A stretch of DNA of 64,000 nt from Klebsormidium nitens. Taxonomy: Eukaryota > Plantae > Klebsormidiophyceae. Location of the stretch: contig DF237387.1 in the NCBI GenBank assembly GCA_000708835.1, positions 1 to 64,000 of the forward strand. Direction: 5' to 3'. The translations under genes were made by a program, and so were the position numbers. The notes under the pieces are model-generated. The model saw nothing but the letters and a program-made list of their open reading frames with translations, was not told where the DNA came from and searched no databases. Each line of letters starts with the position of its first letter. Position 1 is the stretch's first letter. Below are positions 1-12,253 of this stretch, piece after piece.

Positions 1-1793
1 TAGTGTTTGATTGATACATCGTTGCATCATTCCTCTGGACTCGGTTGAGCTCTCAGCCTTCCTCGTCAAAGTGCCGTTCAGAGCAGAGGCGCACAAGTTT
101 GGCAATTCGCAGGCTTCGGCTGATCGGCTTCCTTAACCCTGGCCTCATGATCAGGGCAGATTTTGCAAACAATCTTGAAATATTCCACATCATAAGTCAA
201 CGGCAAGTCGTGACAAAAGAAGACTCAGCTTGCGCTTGATGATTCTGCCATTCCATGGACACCCTGGTCAAGGTTGACTCGCTTAAGCCGAAGAAACGAC
301 GGAATGGTTTGGAGCTTTGTTGTCACGAGTTCCACTCGATCTTCCCAGTCCTCCGCCAGTGAGGATAGTTTGATTGACCATATGCGTAAGTTCCTTCTTC
401 TTTCCCAGCAGGCTACATGTAGGCCGTAGATTGAACGTCGAAGGAGGACTACCAGTAGTTGAAAGCACTCTCCCGTCCTGGTCCGGAAACGAGAGGATAA
501 TCATGAGGACGTAGAGAGCAAAGGGGCCAGTATAAGTTTCAAAACCGGAGCTAGACTAGCGGAGTGACAAGCGGCAGCTGTAAGGAGACCAGTGAACTGC
601 GAATAAAACCTTGCAGCCATGATAACCCGCGCTGTTCAGAACAGTTTCGTCTGCTTCAAAGGGACGACAGCTAGTAGCGACATGGGATTTTGTGAGGCAG
701 CTCGACAGTCTTGCTCAGCTATTTCGATCGAGGAGTAGCCTCGATTCTTACACAATTAAACAGGCAAGTCAAGCAAGCTCTCCAATAAAGTCCATCCGTC
801 AAGAGTTTGGTTAAAGAGGCTTGAGTGAGGTACCCTAAGACTTCAGTGATGGTATAAACCCCCTTGTTGAAACTTTGCGCACAAATTGTAGGTGCATATG
901 CTCATCGGCTTCGACGATGGAAAGATCGACCATAAGCGTTGTTGTCAATCCTTTATCTGCTACTCGCGACTCGGTTTGACGTGATCTTGAGATGTCTATC
1001 TGTTGGTTTGCGAGGTTCTGACGTCGGTGCTTTGCACGGTGGCGAATCTGAAGAGGTGATGTGCACCGACGTTAGGAAGATCTTATTGGTCCTTAATACT
1101 TCGAGGCTATAAAGAAGAACTGATAAGAAGTCTACTACAACTTCGACTGTCGAGAACTTGATCCAGAAGGATTGATTGCTAAGGCCTAGCCAATAGCTGG
1201 TACCACGTTCGAGGTCGATTGGATTGTTGCAGGAGGCCGAGCAATGAATCGCCTACCGGTACGTACATTTTCTCAACAGCCTACTTGTAGCTCACTAGTC
1301 AACTTAGAGAATCTTTTCATCCGTTTAACATTCGCTGAACCACCCTGTTGCAGCACATGCCGACATCCATTTGGCCCTGCAGCATGTCGTTTTGGGATGC
1401 ACAAATGACTGGCGTCATCGTATCCTTCTCGTAGCAGCTTGTTGACAAAGCTTGCATGTGTATTCATAGCTTGCAGGCAGAAACAGAATGCGATCGTCTT
1501 TGAACGCTCGGGGTTGGTTTTTGAGACACAGAGGTTCGCTTCGCTTCTTTACTTTCGCAAAAGCCCTCTCCGAGCCTTCCCAAAAGCATCGGTCGCTTCC
1601 ACGGTGAGTGACTCAAACGCTGGATCGTATGGGCCAGATCTGGTCACAAAGCTTCGAGAAAGCGCAACATCCACCTGCAACTTTCTTTTGCCTCTTTCAG
1701 CATGATCAAGAGGGGACTTTGGGCCCTCTCGCAACTGAAATCACTCTTCGGTGCTTCCGTGTTGCGTTCACTTCCTTTCAAATGTGGTTGCAG

Positions 1794-4585
1794 ATGGACT
1801 TTCAATCCTTCTTTCTGGTCCCTGCCGCCCTGTTCATTTTGGTACTGGCAGCGCACCAATGTGCAGCCCTCAACATTAGCGAGGAGGCAGTCTCGGCCAG
1901 TGCCCCAAGCGCCTACCTCATCATGAAGAATGTTACCTATTCTGCCGACGTCCCTCTCATGGTGAGGCTCTACTCAGGGTGTACACAAGGAGACCCCAGG
2001 GGTTCTGTGGTTCTTCTTTGTAGGCGTTAGGTCTTACGCACGTTCTTTCCTTCTCAAGATCTGCATTGAAGAAGGGTTTCTGTGCCTTCTGGGGTAATAA
2101 TCCGTTTTCAAAGTTCGCCCAGATTTCAGAGCCCTTTGCAGCTTTTTGAGCCTGGGTCTAGATTACTCTCACTCTGTCGTCGTGAGAATGACATAGTCCG
2201 GAAGAGCAGAGACCGTACTGGAGGTGCGACAAGTTCAGACGAAAGGCGCGCACTGAATCACAGGGCACTGCTCCATATACTGGACCGTCAGCCACCGCAC
2301 TTTCTGGCCAAAAGCAATCCTGCAGATTGAGGAGCTGCAACGATCTTCTTCTCGGTCTTTATCGTGCTCCTCAACGGACATACCCTTTCCTTTGCCAGGG
2401 CTACCTGGCTTACGACAAGCGGATCAGCGCTCCCCGTCCGGGCCTTGTCGTCTTCCCTGACTGGGACGGCATCGGGGGATACGAATACTACCGGGCCAAA
2501 ATGCTCGCGGCGCTGGGCTACATAGGTGCGCGAGCACACAAAAACGCGACGTCCTCATTGCAATGAAGCAGGCAATGAAGACGGGCTTCCATCTTGTATC
2601 GGAGGTCGCTTCTTCACATTGCCTTTTTGGGAACCTGCCAGGACTTTTGCTTCTGTAATCCATGATAAGGAGAAAAGCACGCACGGGATTCCTTTCCTAA
2701 TCAAAGCAGTGTTTTGGTAGATACTGTCATTCCTCTCAAGAGAGGATACCGGTCGTTGTGAGAGTCGGATCAGCACCGACTCCGAGTCCCTGCGTCTACT
2801 GATTTCAATCACCTATCGGACATGACAGCTCAATTCTTACCCGGCCGCCTGACGTATTTTTGCAGTCTTCGTTGGAGACATCTACGGCAGCGACGTGGTT
2901 CAAGGCCCCTCACTTCCCGTGGATCTGAGGGCCCAGTACCTCCTGCAGCTAGTCAACCATCCGGATATTTTCCGGGGCCGGATGGTCGCTGCTCTCGCAA
3001 CCGTAAGCCATGGCCTTGACTCGTTCCAAATCTGCCGTTACTTAGGCCTTCGTTCTCCGATTCTGATCTCCTGCGGTCATCTGCTTTCCGGGTACCTGCT
3101 ATCGAGCTTCTCACGAGGACTGCTTTTTGTAAGTTTTTATCTGAGATTTTGCGCAATATTTTTGTCTGGCGCAGTTGAGAAAGGTTCCGAATGTGGCCAC
3201 CGCTAGGCTGGGTGCTGTGGGCTACTGCTTGGGTGGCACAGGAATCATCGAGCTGGCACGCGCTTATCCAAACGGCACTGACGGATTGAGCGGTAAGTAA
3301 AGCTCTAATGCTAAGTAAAAGCGTGTGTATGCACAGAACAGCTTATAGGAGAGTCCGACAGGCAAAGTGCTGTTCTGAAGGGGCGAATTTACAGCGCTTG
3401 CCCAACTTAAATCATATTTGACTGGTTGTCTGGCTACACTCGTACACTCAGTTCCGACTTAGGTGTATATAAAGATCCGTCTGGCCTCATCTGCTGCTTC
3501 CGATCCTGTTCATACGAAGCCCTGGGGGTGTAGAGCTTCTACAGACAACCAATTATTGACTGTAGATTACCAGCTGCGTTCTTACCAGCGCCCACAGTGT
3601 CTTTCTTTAGGCTCATTCCCTGTTTGCAACTCGCCCACCAAGCCTTGGTTTGTCGGACCATTCGCTGCCACGTGCAGGCGTTGTGGGCTTCCACGCGGGG
3701 AAGCTCGACACCGTCGGTTCCACGATCATGCCAAACGCCCCCATCGAGATTCTTCTGCTACAAGGGGGAAACGATACAAGCGTGGAAGGCCGGGGAAACT
3801 TCACGGCAAGCTCTCGCACTTGTAAAAGCGTTTATGCAGCTTCACTGCGAAGCTGACTGGATGATTCTCTTTTTGCAAAGGCACCGTTGCGAGCAATTGA
3901 ACGCGACGCAAGAAACAAAAATCCCGTGCGCTTGAAGAGAACCACAGAATGATAGTCTTGGTAAAGGTTCATGACCTAGTTCCCAGTATTCAATTAAAAG
4001 AGAGGAGTCAACCATCAGAAAGTGGAGAAACTCCGTCGGTGTTCTTTGAAGAGCAGCAAAGCCCTAACTCCGGTGGTCTTTTGGTATTCCTACGATGATA
4101 AGCAACCCGCGTGTTATTTGGACCGCAAGCTCAGTGTAAGCACTTTGCCTGCCAGGCCGAGATGAAGGCTGCCGACATCTCCTACAAAATCATCGACTAT
4201 CCCGGATCCTTCCACGCCTTCACAGAACCGTCCACAGTAAGTTCTCGAAGGAAGCCTTTGCGGTCTCTGGATGTAAATATGAGCAGCTCTCTTAGAACCT
4301 GCCTGAGTAGTAAAATGGACGTCCCAAGTACCCGAGGCGGAGGGACTTCCAATTGGCAAGCTGTGAGAACGTATGCGTAGAAGATAGGATATCCCTGTAC
4401 GCAGTCTCGTGATTGGACGCTGTATTGCTTTGTTCCAGGATACGTACGGCTCGAATCCCCAAGCGGACGAGCTTTCTTGGTCTGCCATGCGCTCCTTCTT
4501 AGACGACCATGTCGGATCAGTAACGCCCTTCAACGAGAATGCAACCGATGGGACGGCCACGACATCTTCTCAGGGTGGACAATGA
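1794..4585 (+). CDS. Secreted dienelactone hydrolase family protein (alpha/beta hydrolase), copy A, 7 coding exons, apparently intact
   Basis: Spliced translation MDFQSFFLVPAALFILVLAAHQCAA (signal-peptide-like)...GYLAYDKRISAPRPGLVVFPDWDGIG...FVGDIYG...LGAVGYCLGGTG (G-x-C-x-G-G nucleophile)...GVVGFHAG...LLLQGGND (acid)...YPGSFHAFTEP (His)...ADELSWSAMRSFL. Exon phases are consistent; exon 5 (3678-3805) ends in a GC donor. Confidence 0.9.
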
Positions 4586-5656
4586 AGCTGGACAACGCCG
4601 TTTGTATATGTAAGGATCGACTATCGTTGTAGGACTCTGTTTGTGAACCGTCCAGTAAGGGAAGACAAACAAGAACAGTTGAGAATGAAGCAGCCTCCGG
4701 ACCTCGGGCTGTTATCAATTTCAATGCTGGCGATACCAGTAACGTGCGTTGCAAGTTTAGCCCCGCTGTTGCAAGTGATCGTTCAAGCAGTGCAAAGATA
4801 TGCAGGGTACAGGGTCATACCGATCCCAGCCCCGCAAACGTTTGTACCACTTCTAATCCGACGCCTGAAAAAATTAATTTTTCATCTGGACATTGATGGC
4901 AGCCAGACAGCATCGAAATCTGATCACGAACTCAATTCGATTGTATTCTGGAAAGTTGCTTGCTTACATCTTTTTGACAGAAGTCCAACTACCTAGTGGC
5001 ACGTACCGAAAGCGGAGTGCTTAATGCCAGGAACTGCGCTTGTATGTCGTCATGGGTGGTATCTTGACTGCGAGAGTAAGTAACCTAGTAGTTGCTAGAT
5101 TCGCAGCCGCTTCGGCATCCATGTTCATTAGTGTGCTCTGATGTTATCCTCTGTCATGCCCTGGACCTGTGCACTCGACTTGAGATAGGACCCAGAATCG
5201 CAAGGCAGTCCTGCCGCCCTGGCAGCATGCACGCATAGAGTCGCTGAATCCAACGGCAATACACACAAGTTCGAAAGCTTCAATCTACCTGCCCGGCGGG
5301 TCCGCGCATCTAGCCGCCCATGCACAACTTCGATCTTTCGAACATGCAAGAGCTTTCAAAGGTAGTTGTATGCAAGCGCAATTGATCAACTCGAATCGGG
5401 CCTTTTGATGACAGGGCACGCCTGTGTCCTGATTGAATGTCTTGTACGATCTCAAATGTACCATGTGGGCGGCCGCTTATATTCGCATCATGTACATGGA
5501 TGTTAAATCATCTCATGCAGCTGCCGCGGCACCATGCAGGCGTTGGACTTCTGCATGCCGTCATGTGCAGCGAGTATTACTGTCCCAGTACAATATGATA
5601 TTAGTATCGGTTATTGACCGCCCACTTAGTATCTGTGAATGTGGAAGCACTCCCTG

Positions 5657-6511
5657 TTACACCAACGATTCTTCTTCGGCTTCAGCTTTCGTTTCCAGCT
5701 TTTGTGATGACCCCACCATATCGTCAAGCAGCATGTCCTCAGCTTCCTCTGGGGGTACCGCCAAAACTTCGATCGACAAGGCCAAGCTAATTTGCAAAAC
5801 CGCAGCTCTTCTCCATGTTTGAAATTCCTCTGGTTGTGGAACTTTGCAACTGGTCACAATGAGACACTCAGGCAACCCGATACATCAGGATGTTAGCCAA
5901 TGAATTTCCACTTGCAGTGTCTTATGTGGGACTTCACCGCCAAGCCCTTCAAGCATCGAACGACCGAAAGGTAAGACAGTAGAGGGTTGACCTGAAAACC
6001 TGTGGGAGTAGGCATTCAAACGCGAAATTGCTCACCTCCGGATAATTTTGCTGGAGATGACGCAGTCCGCAAGACTTGTGCCGGTGACCAGCTAGTTTTC
6101 TAGCGTGTCCAAAATGAAGTTGACGAACATCAACTCCAGTCTCCGAGTGGCCTGGACAAAGTGGATTGAGGGTGAGGTTTGACACATGTCCGGCCCTGGA
6201 GGCATATTCTAAGCCTGCCAGAAAAGCGACGAGCTGTCAAGCAACGTCTAGAATACCTGCAAAAGAGGCAAACGCTGGGATTAATCAGCAAGCCACCTTA
6301 AAAAGTGCATCAGACGTGAGTAGCGACCAAAACACACCCCCCAACTTTCATAGCCACTAGAAAGCTCATGGCTCATGAACGCAGGCGCGAGAAAGAACTT
6401 CCGCATAAGCGCGCACAATACCTGCGAATTGGATGGATACCCCTTGGACGTCCGTTCCCGCACTTGACGCAGCTTCCCATCCGCCACCAACGATCGGAAG
6501 CCGAGGCGTTC
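5657..6511 (-). pseudogene. 3'-only pseudogenic fragment of ANGUSTIFOLIA (last three exons)
   Basis: Homologous to AN exons at 12254-13142. It has an in-frame TGG>TAG (6092-6094), a 1-nt deletion near that exon's end, and loss of the last acceptor (gcAA at ~5791 instead of gcAG). No upstream AN exons are present. Confidence 0.9.
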
Positions 6512-7698
6512 CTGGCCGGCTGAGGTGATGGTGTCATGGTGATTCCCGTCCCAGCGGATCCCCGGGGGGACGGGGAGTGCTGGCAACTCGAAGGGCTCCA
6601 GCGTGGGGGAGAAAGAAACAGCTTTGGTCAGCGGGGTTGAAAGATGTGACCAGGTTCTGTAACGCTCAGCCAAGCACGTAGGACCAAAACTTAATTCTAT
6701 CCTGACGTTGCTTGAAACATAGCAAGACGCCCCTTTAAGCAACCAGATCCAGATTACTATCGCCCTACTTCTATAGTCAATGAAACTCAACTCCCATCAT
6801 GCCCGCTTTAAGCTAGCGTTGCTGATGATTCAATACAAGTTGGTACTGGCGTCTTGAGAATGTCCAACTGCTGGTGTGCGAGGCTTTCTGACGTCGTTGA
6901 ATATTACTTGTTCAGATTTGTCACCGTGCTTTGCCGTCAGCGATCTTAACGGTCCTCCTTGCCTTGAGGTCGTAGAGACACACGATTATCAAGTTTCTAA
7001 TAAGGAGGCTGCTGCAACGTCGACTATATATTAGGAACTTCCAAGTGTATCGATTGCTAATATATAAGAGAGTCGCTGGTGTCAAGTTCGAGGCGATGGG
7101 ATTGCCTTGCAGGAAAACGAGCAACTTGTATCGCCTACCGGCCAGTAAGATCTTTGAAAGCCTATTGGTAGCTTATTAGTCAACTTAAAGGATTTTCAAC
7201 CGTCAATTATTAATTGCAAGACAATTCCCTGGACCACCCTGTAGCAGCATATGCCTTGTGTGACTCCCACTTGCCAGCATCCATTGGGCCCTGCAGCATG
7301 TCGGTTCTGGATGCAGAAATGGCCGGCATCGTCGTATTCTGTCTTGCAGTTGTTTGCAATTTTATAACTCACAGGCAGGAGCGAAAGTCGAAACTGTCCT
7401 CATTCGCTAGTGATCGGCTACCAGGAAAAGTGAATCCTGCCACTTCACTTCCAGAAAAGCCCTCTCACAACCCGGAAGCAACAGTCGATCGCGAAGCTGC
7501 CAGGGTAAGTGACTCAATGCCTCATAAAGAGAGCCAGATCTGGTTAGCTGTGGGTTTTGTGAGCGCAGCCTCAGCCTTAAGATTCATTTTGTGCGTGAAC
7601 TCATGACCACGAGGCAATCGCAGACCTTCTCACGATCCTCCATCCGAAAGAGCTTACCAGTGTTTTCTTATCTCTCAGCTTTTGGGAACTGTCTGCAG

Positions 7699-10600
7699 AT
7701 GAGCTGTCCATCCTTCTTCGTGGTGTGTGCCGCCCTGATCGTCTTGGCACTGGCAGCGCATCAAAGTGCAGCCCTACCAATCAGCGAGGAGAGAGTTTCG
7801 GCCAGTGCGCCAAGCGCGTACCTCGTTCTGAAGAACGTTACCTACTCTGCGGACATCCCTCTCAAGGTGAGGGGCGTACAGAAAGAGACCCAAAGGTTTG
7901 TGCGCGCGTCTTAGATGGTAGATCCTAAGTCATAGTTTCACCTCTCCCAAAGCATACGTGAATTGTCAGATTGGAGGTGTTGTTTGAGTGCGTTTCGGTG
8001 CCACAAACCGTTTCTTAGGGGCGCATCAGATATCAAAACTCCTCTCTACTCTTTCGAGCTTGGATCTGAGGTGCAAAGTCTGCCTTAGTTGGAGATGAAC
8101 AGGTCCGCAACCGCAGAGACCGTAACTGAAGTTGATACGAATACCGAAACGAACGGCTCGCGCTTTAAAGCAGGGCACTGCTCCACATTCTGGACGATCA
8201 GCCACAGCCACGTGTACGCTGTCTGGCCAGAGTCTTGTGCAGATCAACGAGCTGCCTTCATCATCTCCTTCGCTGTCTTTGGCGTTTTCATAGACGGACA
8301 TCCCTTTTCGTTTGCCAGGGCTACCTGGCTTACGACAAGCGGATCGCCGCGCCTCGCCCGGGCCTCGTCGTCTTTCCTGACTGGGACGGCATCGGGGGAT
8401 ACGAACATTACCGGGCCAAAATGCTCGCGGCTCTGGGCTACATAGGTGCGCGCGCGCACAAAGACGCGACGGCCTCATTGCAATGAAGACCCATCTTGTC
8501 AGAGATCGCTTCTTAACTCGGCCTTTTCGCAGGTCTGCCAGGACGTTTGCATAGAGACTCCGGGTCTGTATCCAGCAGCTAGAGTCTATAGAGTAAAAAC
8601 GTGTTAAGAGTCGTCTCATTATTTGAGATCAAACTTTCAGTGTTTCGGTATACTTTGTTCCTCTCCTGCATCAATCGGACAGGATCGGATTGTTCCGAGA
8701 ATCGAAATGACGTCGAGTCCAACCCCTTCCGTCTAGTGATCCGACTTATCGGCCTCAGCTCGAATCCTACCCGTGTTTTTGCAGTCTTTGTGGGAGATCT
8801 CTACGGCAGCGACGTGGTTCAAGGCCCCTCTCTTTCCCAGGATCTGCGGGCAGATTACCTCCGGCGCCTAGTCCAGAACCCCAAAACCTTCCGGGGCCGC
8901 ATGCTGGCTGCCCTCGCAACCGTGAGCCGCACCCTCAGGATCGATCCAGATTGCTTGCACGCAGGCGCCCTTCGTTCCCCTGCTCTTGTTTGTGCGGCCA
9001 CCTGCCTTGCCTGGACTGTCGAGCTTCTTACGAAGACTGCTTCTCCTGAGAAATTTTGCAAATGTTTCTATATCTGACGCAGTTGAGAAAGGTTCCGAAT
9101 GTGGACACAACTAGGCTGGGTGCTGTGGGCTACTGCCTCGGTGGCACAGGGATCATCGAGCTGGCACGTGCGTATCCAAACGGCACTGACGGACTGAGCG
9201 GTAAGTCCGGCGCTTTCGACGGCGTAAGTTGTGCGTATGCATAGAACAGGTTATAGGGGACGTGCTCGATACTTCGACAGGCAAAGTGCTGGTTGAAAGG
9301 GGGAAAATTACTCCGCTTGCCCAACTTGAATTCCATTCGAATGGTTTCTGATCGCAACCGTACATGCAATCAGGAATAATGGTATTCTCAGGGATACCCC
9401 TCGCTTCATTTGCTGCTTCTAATCCTGGTTGAGAGAAGCCCATGAGCTTTAGTGCTCTTAAAGACAAGCCGTTACTGTCTCGCATATCTGGCAGCTACCC
9501 ACAATGCTTTTCCACTTAGCTAAATCCAGTTAGCTAAATCCAGTTCTGCAACCTATACACCTTTCCATTCGAAACCAAGTCTTGATTTCAATAACCTAGT
9601 TTATGTATCTTGCCACGTGTAGGCGTTGTGGGCTTCCACGCCGGGAAGCTCGACACGCGGTTCCAAGATCGTGCTGGACGCCCCTATCGAGATTCTCCTG
9701 CTACAAGGGGGAAGCGACCCGACCGTTACAGGCCGGGAGACTTTCACGGCAAGCCCTTGCACTTTCTGAGGCGTCTTTGCAGCTCTGCTGCGCGGCTAGA
9801 TGCGGGATCTTCTTTTAAAGTCTAGAGCTACGGTTACGTTACTTCGAATCTGACGCAGGTTGAGTTGGAAATCTGTGCGCTTGGAAAAACGTTGACATTG
9901 GAAGTCGTCAGCTCAGCATTCCGATTCGACTGGTTCAAACTTCAGCAGATTCTTTCGGGAATAAGCCCCAAGTCCGCGGATTGTTGCTGTGCTGGAGAGA
10001 TAAGCAGAGTCCCAAACCGCATTTGCATATGTTTCGTCGGCGTCTACATACGACTCCCGTGCCTGTACTGAGCTTTGACGCCGAAGAAGAAGTTGGCAGG
10101 TTGATCAAGGCCAGCGAAAAGGCTGCTTGTCAACTGATAAAGAAATTGGATCGCGCGTAACCACAAGCTCAATGTGAGCAATTTGCCTGCCAGGCCGAGA
10201 TGAAGGCTGCCAACGTCTCCTACAAAATCATCGACTACTCCGGATCCTTCCACGCCTTCACAGAACCGTCTGTGGTGAGCAATTGGAAGGAAAGGTTGCC
10301 ATCAGTGATGTCGATCAGTGATCTAACCAGCTCTGATCTAATCTGTCCCGCAAAACAGTCTGAATGTTTCCAGTCCCTGTGTTTTAGATTCTCCCAACCC
10401 ACAAGCTGCGGAAGTGTATGCGAGGCGATTCATATGTTGCTAAACGCAAGCTCCTGATCGGAAGCTGTAATTTCTTGTTTTAGGAGACGTATGGCTCAAA
10501 TCCCCAAGCGGACGCGCTTTCTTGGTCTGCCATGCGCTCCTTTTTGGACGATCACGTGGGATCTGTGACGCCCTTCAACGAGAACGTAACGGATCGGCCC

Positions 10601-10717
10601 GCATCCGCACCTGAGCCAGCGTCAGCACCTGAGCCAGCGTCAGCACGTGAGCCAGCGTCAGCACCTGAGCCAGCGTCAGCACCTGAGCCAGCTTCAACGC
10701 AACGCCATTCGGAGTAG
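7699..10717 (+). pseudogene. Dienelactone hydrolase family gene, copy B, with a 2-nt frameshift in exon 5 (recent pseudogene or sequence error)
   Basis: Same exon structure as copy A with GYCLGG intact. Exon 5 (9623-9748) is 126 nt vs 128 nt in copy A (GACACG-CGGTTCC vs GACACCGTCGGTTCC), putting the catalytic Asp and His exons out of frame. Confidence 0.8.
10607..10696 (+). repeat. 18-bp tandem repeat x5 (gcacctgagccagcgtca) encoding an (APEPAS)n tail
   Basis: Five near-identical units read directly; absent from the copy A terminal exon. Confidence 0.95.
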
Positions 10718-12253
10718 ACGGACAATAGAGCAAGTGATACTGGAAGCGACCTCAGGTGTCCGCAAATTTGTTGCTGACAATCGTACGGATGTGCGTTGCA
10801 AAGAACAGCCCTGGCTACCGACTATTGTTTGACTAATAAAGCCGCTGTGCTTGATTGACAGATCCTTAAACGGCATGTATTGACGCGCCGCAGTACATAT
10901 ATAGGATTAGCGCAACTATTCGAGGTCTACGATTTGTTGAGCACTGAAGTAATCTTTCGATCAGCTGTTACCCAATACTCAGACAATCCATATCCAGTTT
11001 ACAGCAGCCAGAGAGCATCGATATCCTTTTCAGTCGTAGGTCAAGCATCCGTTGACCCGGGGAGTAGGACAAGGATGCATGTCATGATCATTGCAGCACG
11101 CGAAGTTTTAATGAGGATTCAGTGCAGCCATGCACACCCCATGCACAGATCATAGAATTGGATGTCATTTACAGGTACTCGGCGTTAATAAGATGCCTGC
11201 AGGAGGCGGCTCAAGTTGCTAATAAGCATGGTGCATCATACAATCTTTGGAGTAAGCAGTCATCATCATCAGGCCGCGCTACTGAGGGTAGTTTATACAA
11301 GCTGGGCGATAACTTAAGTGGCCAATCCACTTTGCCTTTCGTCGGCTAGCTGACCTCGTAATATTTGAAAACGGTCTTCAAACATGTCACAGGCCTTGTA
11401 AGTTCCACGCGAGCCATGGCATGAAAAAGGCCGCGTGCTTTAAAAGCTCTAGCTAGCTAGCACGCGCAGAAGCTTGCTCGATGGTAAACGTACCGGGAAA
11501 TTAGGGGAACAGAGATACTTATGTTTGATCGTCTTTTATCATCATAGTAATATTGTTTTCGGTAGAGTAGATCCCATGTTAAGAGATTACCGATCTCTTT
11601 AAATTAGCCGCCTCGTTCGGGCGTAGCAACACTCGAGGCTGCTCTTAATATCGGGGCCCCTCGTGTTCACGCGAAGCAAGTCGCGGGGACCGGGAGCTAT
11701 CAGGCTGGGGCAGGGGGGCCTTCGGACAGCGCGTTAACAAGTCTTCTCATCACCAGATTACGACAAAATTAGAGTTGTCGAGTGCCATTAGCCATACGAA
11801 CAAAATGTCATTGATCTTATAAAAGGTGATGTATCAAATGCATTATAATCTGCACAAACAGCCCCGCGCATCATTAGAACAAGTTTAGCACGTATGATGA
11901 AGCGAACATAACTATGTATGTGCATGACGGAACGGTGATATTGTGCAGGGTTTTTCTCAATTACACATGCACAAGCAGCGTCGTTGTCCGACGTTGGCAG
12001 CTTCCAGGGCAACGAATTTTCTCCTCAGCTAGACCTCGGTTTAACAAGATTAGGATACACAAAGATGTGTCGATCCGTCGCAACAGCTCAACCTCACAAC
12101 AGTCAGTAGCGGGATAGAGGAATTAGTTGAGAAACATGATGCGTCCTCCATTACCATCTTTTCAGCTTTTGGACTTATCAAGCACCTAACAGCAAAAACA
12201 GACGTAACGACTGTATAACGCATAAGAAAACCTGTGAGTATGGAAGCACCCTG

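Larger units (their letters stand above)
980..6530. repeat. Tandem segmental duplication, copy A (hydrolase gene + last three ANGUSTIFOLIA exons)
   Basis: Colinear similarity to ~6850-13150, from the upstream non-coding DNA (tcttgagatgtctatctgttggtttgcgaggttctgacgtcg vs tcttgagaatgtccaactgctggtgtgcgaggctttctgacgtcg) through all hydrolase exons and AN 3' exons. Introns are diverged and boundaries are approximate. Confidence 0.9.

Noticed and set aside
1-980. Short ORFs in the first kilobase
   Set aside because: No motifs or splice-consistent structure; treated as intergenic.
4990-12200. Unique insertions between the hydrolase and AN 3' ends (~5000-5620 and ~10880-12200) and a similar CATG-rich tract at ~49300-49750 as transposons
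   Set aside because: No terminal inverted repeats, target-site duplications or coding remnants could be identified by eye.
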